Part shown: in pieces, positions 28,767 to 42,459 of the stretch
Layout of the letters: each line of letters starts with the position of its first letter
Position numbering within the stretch: the stretch's first letter is position 1
NCBI GenBank assembly: GCA_964016885.1
Contig: OZ024747.1
Coordinates: 61,194,001 to 61,258,000 of the forward strand
Reading direction: 5' to 3'
DNA length: 64,000 nucleotides
From: Eledone cirrhosa
Taxonomy: Eukaryota
The notes under the pieces: model-generated
Databases searched by the model: none
Told to the model about the DNA's origin: nothing
Seen by the model: the letters and a program-made list of their open reading frames with translations, nothing else
Made by a program: the position numbers and the translations under genes

Positions 28767-29029
28767 TTAAACAGATTCCTATAGTGAAGCTAGACTGGTT
28801 AGCTAACTATACCTGACTTATACATTCTGCTTTTCAGTTGATCTCTACAGCTAGAAAACTACTAGAGGATAACTACTCTATGATTCTGTGTACAGAAGAA
28901 TATTACTATAGCTATGTTATATACTTGTATGGATATAGAAAATAGCTGACATGTTGAATCTAATATAAAAAATGTTAGTCATCAGCAAACATACAGAAGA
29001 TTTTTAACAACTATTGTGTTGTTATTGGA

Positions 29030-29570
29030 CCTCTGTTGGTTACGATGAAGTGTGTTTTAATTGTTCAAACAATGGACCAGCCTGCTAATGAAATCAGTTT
29101 ACATGTGGCTGGGTACTCCATGAAATATACATCATTAACCCTTTAGCATTTACATTTCTCTATATTTACTATTATATTTTCATGGTAAAGTTTTACCTCA
29201 CATAATTATCTCACATAATATCGAATCTATGAGATTTTGATATTATTTATTTTAAGACAATACCTTAACACTAGTATGAGTGGCCGGTTATGGCCAGTTT
29301 TAACAGAAAGAGGTGAGAGAATTCTGGCCAGATATGGTCTGTTTAAATGCTAAAGGGTTAACATAGTTTTCAAAGGGATTCAGTATGACACAAGGTATGA
29401 CAAGGCTGGCCTTTTGAATTACAGGTACAATCAATCTTTGCCAGCAGAGTGAACTGGAGCAACATGAAATTAAGTGTCCTGCTCAAGGACACAACACACC
29501 GCCAGGATTCATTCTCATTACTTTATGATTGCAAGCTTAACACCCTAATAACTAAGACACACACCTTCCC
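29030..29570 (-). mobile_element. SINE of a B-related subfamily, interrupted by MITE C at 29139-29357
   Basis: Homologous to 49363-49688, which shows a single TTAA at the empty site. Confidence 0.8.
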
Positions 29571-30244
29571 CTTTCAACAAAATCTATACCAATATAAACA
29601 TGTGGTATAAATCAATAATGTAATGAGTGATAGCTGAAACACATTCATGTGGTGTGAGTAGTGGAAAGATGTAGGAAGATTTGGTGTGAGTCAGATCTTA
29701 CAATAGAGGGCCTCAAAGAAGAAAGAATTGAAGATAAACTGATATGATTGGTTAATATACTGTATGACAGATCCAACCAATTCATGTCGGTAGGGATAAA
29801 CGGCTGTTAAAATGGAAATGGAAACGATGATTAATATTTTCCATTCTTGTCTTGAGATTATATAACCTTTCTCACAAATTTCTGTCTCTCTTATTTTGAT
29901 TGATCACATGATCTTTCACCGAAGCAAGTTCAGTGTCATCAATAAAGTAATCTTGTCACGTCTGCTGCAGCTGGTATCAACTGAGTCAATAATAATAATA
30001 ATAACAATAATAATAACACCGATGATGATAATGATAATAATATAAGGTAGACCTATTGTTAGTGAGAGTCCTTTCATCAGAGATGTTAGTGTGTTTTAGT
30101 TTTCTTCAATAGCCAACATCACAGCATCCTGCTGTATTGAAGATGATAGGGGATTATTCTAATTCTACATCCTATTATCAATAAGTTCAAGTGAAAGGAC
30201 AAAGACATTGAAACTATGCAGAAGAAGAATGGAAATTTAGATTT

Positions 30245-32530
30245 AGTATAACAGTATAGTGTAGTGTAGTGTAGTGTAATGTAGTGTAGTATAGTGTTGT
30301 ATAGTGTTGTATAGTGTAGTGTAATGTAGTGTAGTATAGTGTAGTATAGCGTTGTATAGTATAGTATAGTGTAGTATAGTGTAGTGTAGTGTAGTGTAGT
30401 GTAGTATAGCATAGTGTAGTATAGTATAGCGTAGTGTAGTATAGCATAGTATAGTATAATGTAAGTGTAGTGTAATGGTGTAGTGTAGTATAGTGTAGTG
30501 TAGTATAGCGTAGTATAGTGTAGTATAGTATGGTATAGTGTTATGTAGTATAGTAATATAGTTGTTTCTACTTTTTGCATAAGGCCAGCAATTATTCCAG
30601 TACATTACTGGTACTTTTATTTTATCGACCCCGTAAGGATGAAAGGCAAAGTTAACCTCGGCGGGATTTGAACTCAGATCATAAAGGGCCGTAACTCTTT
30701 GCTGCAAAGCATGCCGTCCGACCCTCTACCGATACTGCCAATATAGCATAATGTAGTGTAATATATTATAATGTAGTATAGTGTAGAGTAGTATGGTGTA
30801 GTGTAGTGTGGTTTAGTATAGTATAGCGTAGTATAGTATAGTGTGACGTGGTATAGTGTAGTAGTGTTATGTAGTATAGTAATATAGTATAGTGTAATGT
30901 AATATAGTATAGCATAATGTAGTGTAATATAGTATAATGTAGTATAGTGTAGAGTAGTATGGTATAGTGTGGTGTAGTGTGGTTTAGAGTAGTGTGGTGT
31001 AGTATAGCGTAGTATAGTATAGTGTGACGTGGTATAGTGTAGTAGTGTTATGTAGTATAGTAACATAGTAAAGTGTAATGTAATATAGTATAGCATAATG
31101 TAGTGTAATATAGTATAATGTAGTATAGTGTAGAGTAGTATGGTGTAGTGTGGTGTAGTGTAGTGTGGTTTAGAGTAGTGTGGTGTAGTATAGCGTAGTA
31201 TAGTATAGTGTGACGTGGTATAGTGTAGTAGTGTTATGTAGTATAGTAATATAGTAAAGTGTAATGTAATATAGTATAGCATAATGTAGTGTAATATAGT
31301 ATAATGTAGTATAGTGTAGAGTAGTATGGTGTAGTGTGGTGTAGTGTAGTGTGGTTTAGAGTAGTGTGGTGTAGTATAGCGTAGTATAGTATAGTGTGAC
31401 GTGGTATAGTGTAGTAGTGTTATGTAGTATAGTAATATAGTAAAGTGTAATGTAATATAGTATAGCATAATGTAGTGTAATATAGTATAATGTAGTATAG
31501 TGTAGAGTAGTATGGTGTAATGTAGTGTGGTTTAGTGTAGTATAGCGTAGTATAGTATAGTGTGACGTGGTATAGTGTAGTAGTGTTATGTAGTATAGTA
31601 ATATAGTATAGTGTAATGTAATATAGTATAGCATAATGTAGTGTAATATAGTATAATGTAGTATAGTGTAGTATGGCGTAGTGTGGTGTAGTGTAGTGTG
31701 GATTAGTGTAGTATAGTGTAGTATAGCGTAGTATAGTATAGTGTGACGTGGTATAGTGTAGTGAGGTGTAGTATAGCGTAGTATAGTATAGTGTAACGTA
31801 GTATAGTGTAGTAGTGTTATGTAGTATAGTAATATAGTATAGTGTAATGTAATATAGTATAGCATAATGTAGTGTAATATAGTATAATGTAGTATAGTGT
31901 AGAGTAGTATGGTGTAGTGTGGTGTAGTGTAGTGTGGATTAGTGTAGTATAGTGTAGTATAGTATAGTGTGACGTGGTATAGTGTAGTAGTGTTATGTAG
32001 TATAGTAATATAGTATAGTGTAATGTAATATAGTATAGCATAATGTAGTGTAATATACTATAATGTAGTATAGTGTAGAGTAGTATGGTGTAGTGTAGTG
32101 TGGTGTAGTGTAGTGTGGTTTAGAGTAGTGTGGTGTAGTATAGCGTAGTATAGTATAGTGTGATGTGGTATAGTGTAGTAGTGTTATGTAGTATAGTAAT
32201 ATAGTAAAGTGTAATGTAATATAGTATAGCATAATGTAGTGTAATATAGTATAATGTAGTATAGTGTAGTGTAGTGTGGTTTAGAGTAGTGTGGTGTAGT
32301 ATAACGTAGTATAGTATAGTGTGACGTGGTATAGTGTAGTAGTGTTATGTAGTATACTAATATAGTATAGTGTAATGTAATATAGTATAGCATAATGTAG
32401 TGTAATATACTATAATGTAGTATAGTGTAGAGTAGTGTGGTATAGTGTGGTGTGGTGTAGTGTGGTGTAGTGTAGTGTGGTTTAGAGTAGTGTGGTGTAG
32501 CTGGGTGTAGCAGAATATGGTGTAGTATAG
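30245..32530. repeat. (TAGTG/TAGTA)n pentamer satellite with ~165-225-bp higher-order units; SINE A inserted at 30561-30741 (-)
   Basis: The marker GTGTGACGTGG recurs about every 180 bp. Confidence 0.9.
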
Positions 32531-32893
32531 CTGGGTGTAACATAGTGCTTTACAACAGATTTCATTATACATGAAATGTTTTCAGCTCCTGGTCATTCTC
32601 ATAATAAAAGACTAACTAAATTATATTACCCCTTATCTCTCTTTCTCTGTCTGTACGTCAGTGTCTGTCTCTGTGGGTATGTGTGTGTGCATATGTGTAT
32701 GAGTGTGTGTGTGTCTGTATGTGTGTGTCTGTCTCTGTGTGTATGTGTGTGTGCATATGTGTATGTGTATGAGTGTGTGTATGTGCATCTGTGTATGTTT
32801 ATGTGCTTATTTTATACATATTGCTGAAGCAATTGTTTGCAATACACACAGATGTCCATCTAATTCTTTGTCTCTCCCTCTCTGTCTCTCTTT

Positions 32894-32946
<53 letters not shown>

Positions 32947-33028
32947 TATACATACATATATATATGCATATATATATATAGGGAAAAGTGGATGTAAAAT
33001 GATGATGATATATATATATATACACACA

Positions 33029-33060
<32 letters not shown>

Positions 33061-33261
33061 CCCACATACATATATATATACACACACACACACACATACA
33101 TACATATATATATATATATACACACATACATACATATATATATATATAATATATATATATATATATACTATTGAGTTGGTCATAATTGGGATAAGTGATA
33201 AGAGATGTCAGTCATGACTGTTTGATAACCCTATGAGCATACAGGTGAAATTCTGGTGGGG

Positions 33262-33315
<54 letters not shown>

Positions 33316-33663
33316 CACAGAGAGTGTGGGGGGTGGAGAGATAGAGATACGTAGATAAAGATGAGATTTTCTGCTAGAATAAAAGTAAATATTATTGTGT
33401 GAAGGTAATACTTATAAGCTAGAAAATTTGGCAGTGGTTTACAACTGGTGCTAACATTTTGTTGTTTCTTTTTCCAACTAAGAGGTAAATTTACATTAGT
33501 TGAGAATCTTTTGCTCATATCATGCAGTACAATGCAACCTACTCGAATTGCCTACATTCATGCCATTGGCTCACTGGAGTTATTTCCCCTTATCTCTGCT
33601 TTGATGTATATATACATATATATACATATATGTATATATACATATATGTATATATACATATAT

Positions 33664-33983
33664 GGAGGCACATGGCTTAGTGGTTAGAGCATTGGCCTTG
33701 CAATCGAAAGGTTGTGAGTTCAATTCTCAGACCGGGTGATGTGTTGTTTCCTTGAGCAAGACACTTTATTTCACATTGCTCCAGTTTACTCAGCTGTAGA
33801 AATGAGATGATAGGGACTGGGGTCTCTATCATTCCACTGCAAAGTGGTCGTGGAGGTGCCATGGCAGAAAAGCACCCAGCCCACACTATAAATGAGGTTG
33901 GTGTTAGGAAGGGCATCCAGCTGTAGAAATTGCCGTCCCACCCTTGCAAGCAGGGAAAAGCGGACGTAAAATGATGATGATGA
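33664..33983 (+). mobile_element. Full-length SINE family B
   Basis: Head GGAGGCACATGGCTTAGTGGTTAGAG...GAGTTCAATTC; core TGTTTCCTTGAGCAAGACACTTTATTTCAC; tail CAGGGAAAAGCGGACGTAAAATGATGATG. Confidence 0.88.
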
Positions 33984-34009
33984 AAAAGAAACCATTATTG
34001 TTATTATAA

Positions 34010-34344
34010 ATCTTGCCGAGGTTAGCTTTGCTTTTCATCCTTACGAGGTTGATGAAACAAAGTACCAGTAATATACTGGAATTGATTTAATCAACTTTCT
34101 CCCAAATTTCTGGCCTTGTGCCTATAATAGAAATCATTATTATTATTGTGGTGAATTGGCAGTATCGGTAGAGGGTCGGACGCCATGCTTTGACGCATAG
34201 AGTTACGGCCCTTGCCATTCTGAGTTCAAATCCCGCCGAGGTTAACTTTGCCTTTCATCCTTACGGGGTCGATAAAATAAAGTACCAGTAATGCACTGGG
34301 TAATTGCTGGCCTTGTGCCTAAAGTAGAAACAATTATTATTATT
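34010..34344 (+). mobile_element. Two SINE A copies (one truncated, one full-length at 34148-34344)
   Basis: Matches the family A consensus; (ATT)n tails. Confidence 0.85.
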
Positions 34345-34487
34345 CCTCCCAACACAAATAGTAATGTTAGCACCATAACTACTGCTATTTCAAGATTTTC
34401 GCTTCTTCCAATAATGTTTGTGTCCTTGAATAATTTTCTCCCATTCTTTGAACAGATAAATTATGCAGCATCTATGTACATAAAGAT

Positions 34488-34575
<88 letters not shown>

Positions 34576-36022
34576 ATGACATATATATATATATATTCAC
34601 ACATACACACACACACATATATATATATATATTCACACATACACACACACACACACACATATATATATATTCACACACACACATATATATATATCATCAT
34701 CATCATCATCACCGTTTTACGTCCGTTCTTCCATGCTAGCATGGGATAGGTTAGAAGAGAAAAATACATATATATATATACACATATATATATATATATA
34801 CACACACGCATATATATATGAATATATATATATATATATTTGTATTTGTTGTTGTAAGTAGTGTTCTTGCAGTTGTTGTTTTCGTTTAACATTCGATAAA
34901 AACACCTCTGTACTTCTCTATCTTTTCTTCTGTGATTTTATGTAGAAAGAAAGCTTTTCATGTTGCCATTATCTCACTGGTGAGTGAAGCTAGCTGTTGG
35001 CTATGTCACGAATCTCTAGCGTTGATTATCTCCGCCATCAAACTGTGTTTCTATGTTTCATCAATTTTATGAGAAAGAAGAATCAGTCTGAAAATATATA
35101 GATTCACATGCGAGGAACGTAAATCGTTTATGTCTACTGAGTAAAAGATGGTAGAACAATATTGTAGTGAATACACTGATAAGAGGATATATTTTTGATA
35201 CAGCTCCTAGTGCACACAACCTGTCTTACAATTCTGTTGCATTAATATAACAACTGGGTTTGTGAAAACAGGTTTTATCTTCTTTTTTTTCTTTTTCTTT
35301 TCTCATCTTTTGTGTGCATTGTAGGTATATTTTGGTGATTGAATCAAAGCTCTGAATTTGTTTTAATCAGACTTAGAATGATTCTTTTCAGAATCTAATT
35401 TTGGAACCTAGCTGTTTTGAATTCCAAATGCACTGAACCACTGGAATAAAGTAGCTTTCTATCCTCTTGGAATTGGTAAAATATATAACTGAAATATCAT
35501 CAGTGTTTGAAATCATTGATATCTGGTTTAGAAAGTTTGCCAAATGTTGGGAGGACCCTGTTAAGGCCATAACAACTTCTCTAATATTGGTGATTTTCAT
35601 GATAAGCATACTCAGTCCACACTATAAAGTGGTTGGTGACAGGAAGGGCATGCAGCCATAGAAAACTTGTCAAACAAAGATTGGGAGAACCCTTTAGTTT
35701 TGTTAAGGACATAACAACCTTGCTAATATTGCTGATCTACTCCATAAGACACCCAGTCCACTCTATAAAATGGTTGGTGGTAGGAAGGGCATACAGTCAT
35801 AGAAAGCTTGTCAAGCAAAGGGTTAGGTGGACCTTTCAGTTGTGTGAAAGACATGGACATAACAACCCCTCTAGGGCTGGCACCACAATAAAATGTACTT
35901 GTTACAATGTGGAACCATATATAAGTGAAAAGTAAGCTCCTGGCCTTTCTGGAAGCTCAGCAACCCTGCTTCACTACTGACTCAGTCTGTGAAGACCCAT
36001 CCAATCCTTGATAGCAGGGAAA

Positions 36023-36358
36023 TCATCATCATCATCATCACCGTTTTACGTTCGTTCTTCCACGCTAGCATGGGTTAGACGGGTTGTCCTGTTGTGGGCA
36101 GTGTCCAGTCGGCTGACCTTGTCTTGCTCATACGGGAACTGATTCTGGCTTGATTTCTACAGCTGGATGCCCTTCCTAACACCAACCTCATTTACAGTGA
36201 GTGCTGGGTGCTTTTTTGCACCTCCACGACCACATTACAATGGAATGATAGGGACCCCAGTCCTATCATCTCATTTCTACAGCTGAGTAAACTGGAGCAA
36301 TGTGAAATAAAGTGTCTTGCTCAAGGAAACAACACATCACCCGGTCTGAGAATTGAAC
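36023..36358 (-). mobile_element. SINE family B with truncated head
   Basis: (CAT)n tail, GGATGCCCTTCCTAACACCAACC block and CORE-like block. Confidence 0.8.
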
Positions 36359-36732
36359 TGGGAAAGTGGATGCTAATTAATACTGATGATGATAATAGTG
36401 ATGATGACACCATATTCCATTATGTTTTAATAGACAACTAAAAGGTTTGATACCAAGAAGAGCATCAAGCTGTAAATGTTGCTTTTTAAAGGCCCCCATG
36501 ATAAGAATGAAGCCTATCATATTTCATAGATATAAATCTTAAAGAGTGTATTTTGTATGAGTTGCGCTATTTTATTTTATTATATACTTATTGTATAGAA
36601 AGTTCTGTTTGAACTGTGCTATTCAATCAATAATGTCTTGTACAAGATATTCCTAGTGGAGTAATTTATTGGACAATGTGTAGTGTTGTGAACCCTGCTA
36701 TGGCTTCTGTGGTTATTATTATGATTATTTAT

Positions 36733-36960
36733 AGGGCAGCGGACTTGCAGTATCGGTAGAGGGTCGGACGCCATGCTTTGCAGCATAGAGTTACGGCCCT
36801 TTATGATCTGAGTTCAAATCCTGCCGAGTTTAACTTTGCCTTTCATCCTTACGGGGGTTGATAAAATAAAGTACCAGTAATGCACTGGGGTAGATTTAAT
36901 TGACTTTCCCCTCCCCCAAAATTGCTGGCCTTGTGCCTATATAAGAAACCATTATTATGA
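36733..36960 (+). mobile_element. SINE family A
   Basis: Matches the family A consensus. Confidence 0.85.
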
Positions 36961-37239
36961 TTATTTGTTGTTCTACAACAGTTTCCACTTCTCTCATAAG
37001 GATTCACTCTACACCATTTTCTTAATTTAACAACGTATAGTAGTCATACATTTTGGAAAGTTTCTAACCTGTGAAGAATAGACGGCAAATGAGCAGAGTG
37101 GTTAGAGTGTCAGATAGAATGCCTTTATTGGCCACAAAGTGCCAAGACATTATAGACAATAGAAGGATGGAAAACAACACAGACTGGAGTTTACATCAAA
37201 TAAAAGGACAGGAGACATCAACAAAGGGAAAATAATAGA

Positions 37240-37960
37240 CAACAATAACACTAGTTGTAATATATTGTAATGGTGACTTTACAATAACAATAGTAATTGT
37301 AACGTATAGTACTAATAACAATACAATAACAACAACAACACTAGTTGTAATATATTGTAATGGTGACTTTACAATAACAACAATAGTAATTGTAACATAT
37401 AGTACTAATAACAATACAATAACAACAACAACAACACTAGTTGTAATATATTGTAATGGTGACTTTACAATAACAACAATAGTAATTGTAACATATAGTA
37501 CTAATAACAATATAACAATAACAACAACACTAGTTGTAATATATTGTAATGGTGACTTTACAATAACAACAATAGTAATTGTAACATATAGTACTAATAA
37601 CAATACAATAACAACAACAACAACACTAGTTGTAATATATTGTAATGGTGACTTTACAATAACAACAATAGTAATTGTAACATATAGTACTAATAACAAT
37701 ACAATAACAACAACAACAACACTAGTTGTAATATATTGTAATGGTGACTTTACAATAACAATAGTAATTGTAACATATAGTACTAATAACAATACAACAA
37801 CAACAACAACAACACTAGTTGTAATATATTGTAATGGTGACTTTACAATAACAACAATAGTAATTGTAACATATAGTACTAATAACAATACAATAACAAC
37901 AACACTAGTTGTAATATATGGTACTAATAACAATACAACAACAACAACAACAATAATAAT
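37240..37960. repeat. ~90-96-bp tandem repeat, about 8 copies
   Basis: CTAGTTGTAATATATTGTAATGGTGACTTTACAATAAC recurs with variable (AAC)n. Confidence 0.9.
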
Positions 37961-37964
37961 ACTA

Positions 37965-39119
37965 ATAATAATTGTTTCTACTTTAGGCACAAGGCCAGCA
38001 ATTACCCAGTGCATTACTGGTACTTTATTTTATTGACCCCGTAAAGATGAAAGGCAAAGTTAACCTCGGTGGGATTTGAACTCAGAATGGCAAGGGCCAT
38101 AACTCTATGCGTCAAAGCATGGCGTCCAATTTCTACTATAGGCACAAGGCCAGTAATTTGGGTGGGGTAAAATTCGATTAAATCAACCCCCAGTGCATTA
38201 CTGGTACTTTATTTTATCGACCCCGTAAGTATGAAAGGCAAAGTTAACCTCGGAAGGATTTGAACTCAGAACGTAAAGGGCCATAACCCTATGCCGGAAA
38301 GCATTGTATCTGATGCTCTACCGATACTGCCAATCCACAATAATGATAATTGTTTCTACTTGAGACACAAGGCCAGCAATATTGGGAAAAGGGAAAGTCG
38401 ATTAAATCAACACCAGTGCATTACTGGTACTTTATTTTATTGACCCCCATAAAGTGTCCCACATTCTACAGATACTGCCAATCCACCGCCCTAATAATAA
38501 TTGTTTCTACTTTTGGCACAAGGCCAGCAAATACCCAGTGCATTACTGGTACTTTATACATTATTTACTAATAATAATGGTTTCTGGTTTATATTATTAT
38601 TATTATTTCCATTATTATTTTTATTGCACATCATTAGTGCTCTACCGAGCACAGTTCTGTGTTCCTTGGGTATATGCAGTGTAATTTTTGCTGGTGTTGT
38701 TTCTATTGTATTGATGGTACCTTTTGTAATATGTGTGCAGTGCCTAGTAGTGCTATCTTTTGTATGCTGTATATATTTGTAAGTCCTGGGGTTTGGGCTA
38801 TGTATTTGTCTGGGGTTGATAAAATAAAGTACCAGTAATGCAATGGGGTTGATTTAATCAACTTCCCCTCTCCCCAAATTGTTGGCCTTATGCCTATAGT
38901 AGAAATAATAATAATTGTTATCATTATTGTGGATTGGCAGTATTGGTAGAGGGTCGGACACCATGCTTTGTAGCATAGAGTTACGGCCCTTTATGATCTG
39001 AGTTCAAATCCCGCTGTGGTTAAATTTGCCTTTTATCCTTATGGGGCCAATAAAATAAAGTACCAGTAATAGACTGGAATAATTTCTGGCCTTGTGCCTA
39101 AAGTAGAAACAATTATTAT
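37965..39119. mobile_element. Cluster of about 6 SINE A copies (four minus at 37965-38560, two plus at 38812-39119)
   Basis: Repeated GGCACAAGGCCAGCAA...TTACTGGTACTTTATTTTA and its reverse complement. Confidence 0.85.
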
Positions 39120-39396
39120 TTCTATGACAATTGTTTAAGTATCATGTTTTGCCTTTTGCTAAATTTTATTTCAATATATTTTTTTAAAATAAATTTCTCT
39201 TTCATTTTTCATGAAATTCTTTCTATGTGAGATTTATATGATTTTTTAACATATGTATATATATATATATGTGTGTGTGTTTATGTATGTATATGTGTAT
39301 GTGTATATATGTGTGTGTGTATGTGTCTCTGTATATATGTGTGTGTTTGTATCTATCTGTGTATATATGTGTGTGTATGTATGTATCTGTGTATAC

Positions 39397-40563
39397 AAAG
39401 ACTAAGACTAAGGTCCTTATAAGTAGACGAGAAAACAGAACCCAGATCCCCTCAGGGAAATGGCCTTGCTCAGTATGTAGGAAAGGTGTAGGTAGGAACT
39501 CCATTCTTTGCCCCAAATGCAAACAATGGGTACACAAGAGATGTAGCGGGATCTCAGGAAGCTTAATTAAGAATGTAGGATTCACATGCAGCAGCTGTGC
39601 TGAAACAGCAAGCAAACAGCCACAGGAAACAAGTACCACCAATCTCTGGGAGGGCCCTGTAGAAACAGTAGACAGCTTCTGCTACCTAGGTGACCGAATT
39701 AGCAACGGAGGTGGGTGCTCAGAAAGTACAATAACTAGGGTAAGAACGGGATGGAAGAAGTTTAGGGAACTACTACCACTGCTAGCTGCAAAAGGCTTCT
39801 CCCTCAGAATGAAAGGCAGACTGTATGATGCGTGTATCCGAACAGCGATGTTGCATGGTAGTGAGACCTGGGCGCTGAAGGTGGAAGACTTACGTAGATT
39901 AGAGAGAAACGAAGCCTGCATGCTCCGATGGATGTGTAACAGTAATATACGTGAACGACAAAGCATAAATGAATTGAGAGAGAGACTGAGCATAAGAGGA
40001 ATCAAATGCTGCGTGCAGGAGAGGCGGTTACGCTGGTATGGACATGTGATGCGTATGAAGGATGACAGCTGCATAAAAAGGTGCAGAGCACTAGAAGTTG
40101 ATGGAAACCGCGGAGTGGGGAGACCCAAGATGACTTGGGATGAGGTGATAAAAGCCGACCTTACCCAACTACACCTCTCAAAGTCAATGACACACGACAG
40201 TGACTTCTGGCGTCACGCAGTAATACAGGGTACCCGACCTCCCATGGGTACATGCTGAAGCATATAAACGATATGCCCCCCCCCCCCCCCAGCGCAAGGT
40301 GGTCGTGGAGGTGCCACGGCAAAAAAGCACCCAGCCCACACTGTAAAGTGGACGTGTAGGCGCCACGAAAAAGCACCCAGCACTCACTGTAAATGAGGTT
40401 GGTGTTAGGAAGGGCATCCAGCTGTAGAAATCAAGCCAGATCAGTTCCTGTATGAGCAAGGCATGGTCAGCCGACCAGACACTGCCCACAACAGGACAAC
40501 CCGTCTAACCCATGCTAGCGTGGAAGAACGGACGTAAAACGGTGATGATGATGATGATGATGA
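39397..40563 (+). mobile_element. 5'-truncated RTE-clade LINE: RT C-terminus with a PHD-like Cys insert, plus 3' UTR
   Basis: Open frame to 40258: KTKVL..WPCSVC..CPKCKQWVHKRC..FTCSSC..VDSFCYLGD..KGRLYDACIRTAMLHGSETW..RLRWYGHVMRM..GRPKMTW. (GAT)n tail. Confidence 0.92.
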
Positions 40564-40895
40564 TATATGTGTGAATGTATCTGTGTATATATATATGTGT
40601 GCATGTATGTATCTGTGTATATATGTCTGTGTATGTATGTATCTGTGTATATATATGTGTGTGTATATGTATCTGTGTATATATGTGTGTGTGTATGTAT
40701 GTATGTGTATATATGTGAATGTATGTATCTGTGTATATATGTGTGTGTATGTATGTATTTGTGTGTATATATATATATGTGTGTGTATGTATGTATCTGT
40801 GTATATATTTGTGTTTATGTATGTGTATGTATGTATATATGTATCTGTGTCCATATGTATGTATCTGTGTATATATGTGTATGTATGTATCTATG

Positions 40896-40927
<32 letters not shown>

Positions 40928-41112
40928 AATCTATGTATCTGTGTATATATATATATGTGTGAATGTATGTATCTGTATATATATATGTGTGTGAATGTAT
41001 GTATCTGTGTATGTATGTATGTGTGTGTATGTATGTATCTGTGTATATATGTCTGTGTATGTATGTATCTGTGTATACATGTGTGTGTATGTATGTATCT
41101 GTGTGTGTGTAT

Positions 41113-41335
41113 GTATGTCGACAGTCAATCGACTTTTGTCAAATCGGACCGAGGAAACAATGTTTCCATTGGTCTTTCCAATTGCTAATACTATCTATCG
41201 GTCGCAACTCCAGGTAGAAGGAGCAACGTGAAATAAAGTGTCTTGCTCAAGGACACAACACATCGCGCGGTTCGGGAATCGAACTCACAACCTCACGATT
41301 GCGAATCCAATCTAACCACTCAGCCACGCGCCTCC
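41113..41335 (-). mobile_element. SINE with family B head and core but a different tail
   Basis: GAAATAAAGTGTCTTGCTCAAGGACACAAC...GAATCGAACTC...AACCACTCAGCCACGCGCCTCC. Confidence 0.8.
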
Positions 41336-41915
41336 ACCATTGTATGTATGTATCTGTATATATATGTCTGTGTGTGTATGTATGTATATATGTGTGTATG
41401 TATTTATGCATATTTGTATGTATGTGTGTGTATGCATATATGTGTGTCTGTGTGTCTGTGTGTATGTATGTATGACTACATATTCTTCTTGGTTTTATTT
41501 TTTTTATTAATTTCTCACCAGTAGAGTCTTGTTTCTATGTCTAACACAGAAACAAGACTTTTTCATTGGAATTTAGACAATGTCAACTTGGTAATTATGT
41601 ATGTATGTGTTTGTTTGTGTATGTGTGTGTAGGTATAGATGAAATTACCTGTTTGGATTTGTATGTACATATGTGTTTGTTTGTGTGTGTGTGTGTCTAG
41701 GTATAGATGTAATTACATGTGTGAGATGTAATTACATGTGTGGGTATGTATGTATATACAATATGTATATTTGTGTATGTCTCTGTGTGTGAGTGTATGA
41801 ATATATGTATGTAACTATGTACGTTTGTATGTATGTCATTTTGGGGACATGTTTATCATAAAAAATATTAGCGGTTTATGTTGTAAGAGACAGGCAAGAG
41901 ACATTACTAAAAGCA

Positions 41916-42420
41916 TAGTCTACCATATATGTTTTTAGTGTTGACTAATTCTAAGAAAAATTATCAGTGGACCAGTCTACCACATATGTCTTTAGTGTCT
42001 ACTAATTCTTAGTAAACCAACAGTGGACCAGTCTACCACATATGTCTTTAGTGTTGACTAAGTCTTAGTAAACCAACAGTGGACCAGTCTACCACATATG
42101 TCTTTAGTGTCTACTAATTCTTAGTAAACCAACAGTGGACCAGTCTACCATATATGTCTTTAGTGTCTACTAATTCTTAGTAAACCAACAGTGGACCAGT
42201 CTACCATATATGTCTTTAGTGTCTACTAATTCTTAGTAAACCAACAGTGGACCAGTCTACCATATATGTCTTTAGTGTCTACTAATTCTTAGAAGAACCA
42301 ACAGTGGACCAGTCTACCACATATGTCTTTAGTGTCTACTAATTCTTAGAAAAACCAACAGTGGACCAGTCTACCACATATGTCTTTAGTGTCTACTAAT
42401 TCTTAGAAGAACCAACAGTG
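41916..42420. repeat. 56-bp tandem repeat, about 9 copies
   Basis: Unit AGTCTACCATATATGTCTTTAGTGTCTACTAATTCTTAGTAAACCAACAGTGGACC. Confidence 0.92.
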
Positions 42421-42459
42421 GGTCAGTCAGCCATATATCATTCACAATACAATAGAAGA

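Noticed and set aside
33165-33265. Insert in (TA)n with the palindrome CAGTCATGACTG, possible PLE hammerhead stem III
   Set aside because: No core strings recoverable; too degenerate.
33664-33730. tRNA genes at SINE heads
   Set aside because: A/B boxes are present, but there is no acceptor stem and the sequence continues into SINE bodies.
33870-33930. Twister-like string CCCAGCCC...ATAAATGAGGTTGG
   Set aside because: It lacks the UAA cleavage loop and P2/P4 pairing.
37196-38014. 272-aa hydrophobic repeat ORF
   Set aside because: It starts in a SINE and runs through an AAC-rich tandem repeat.
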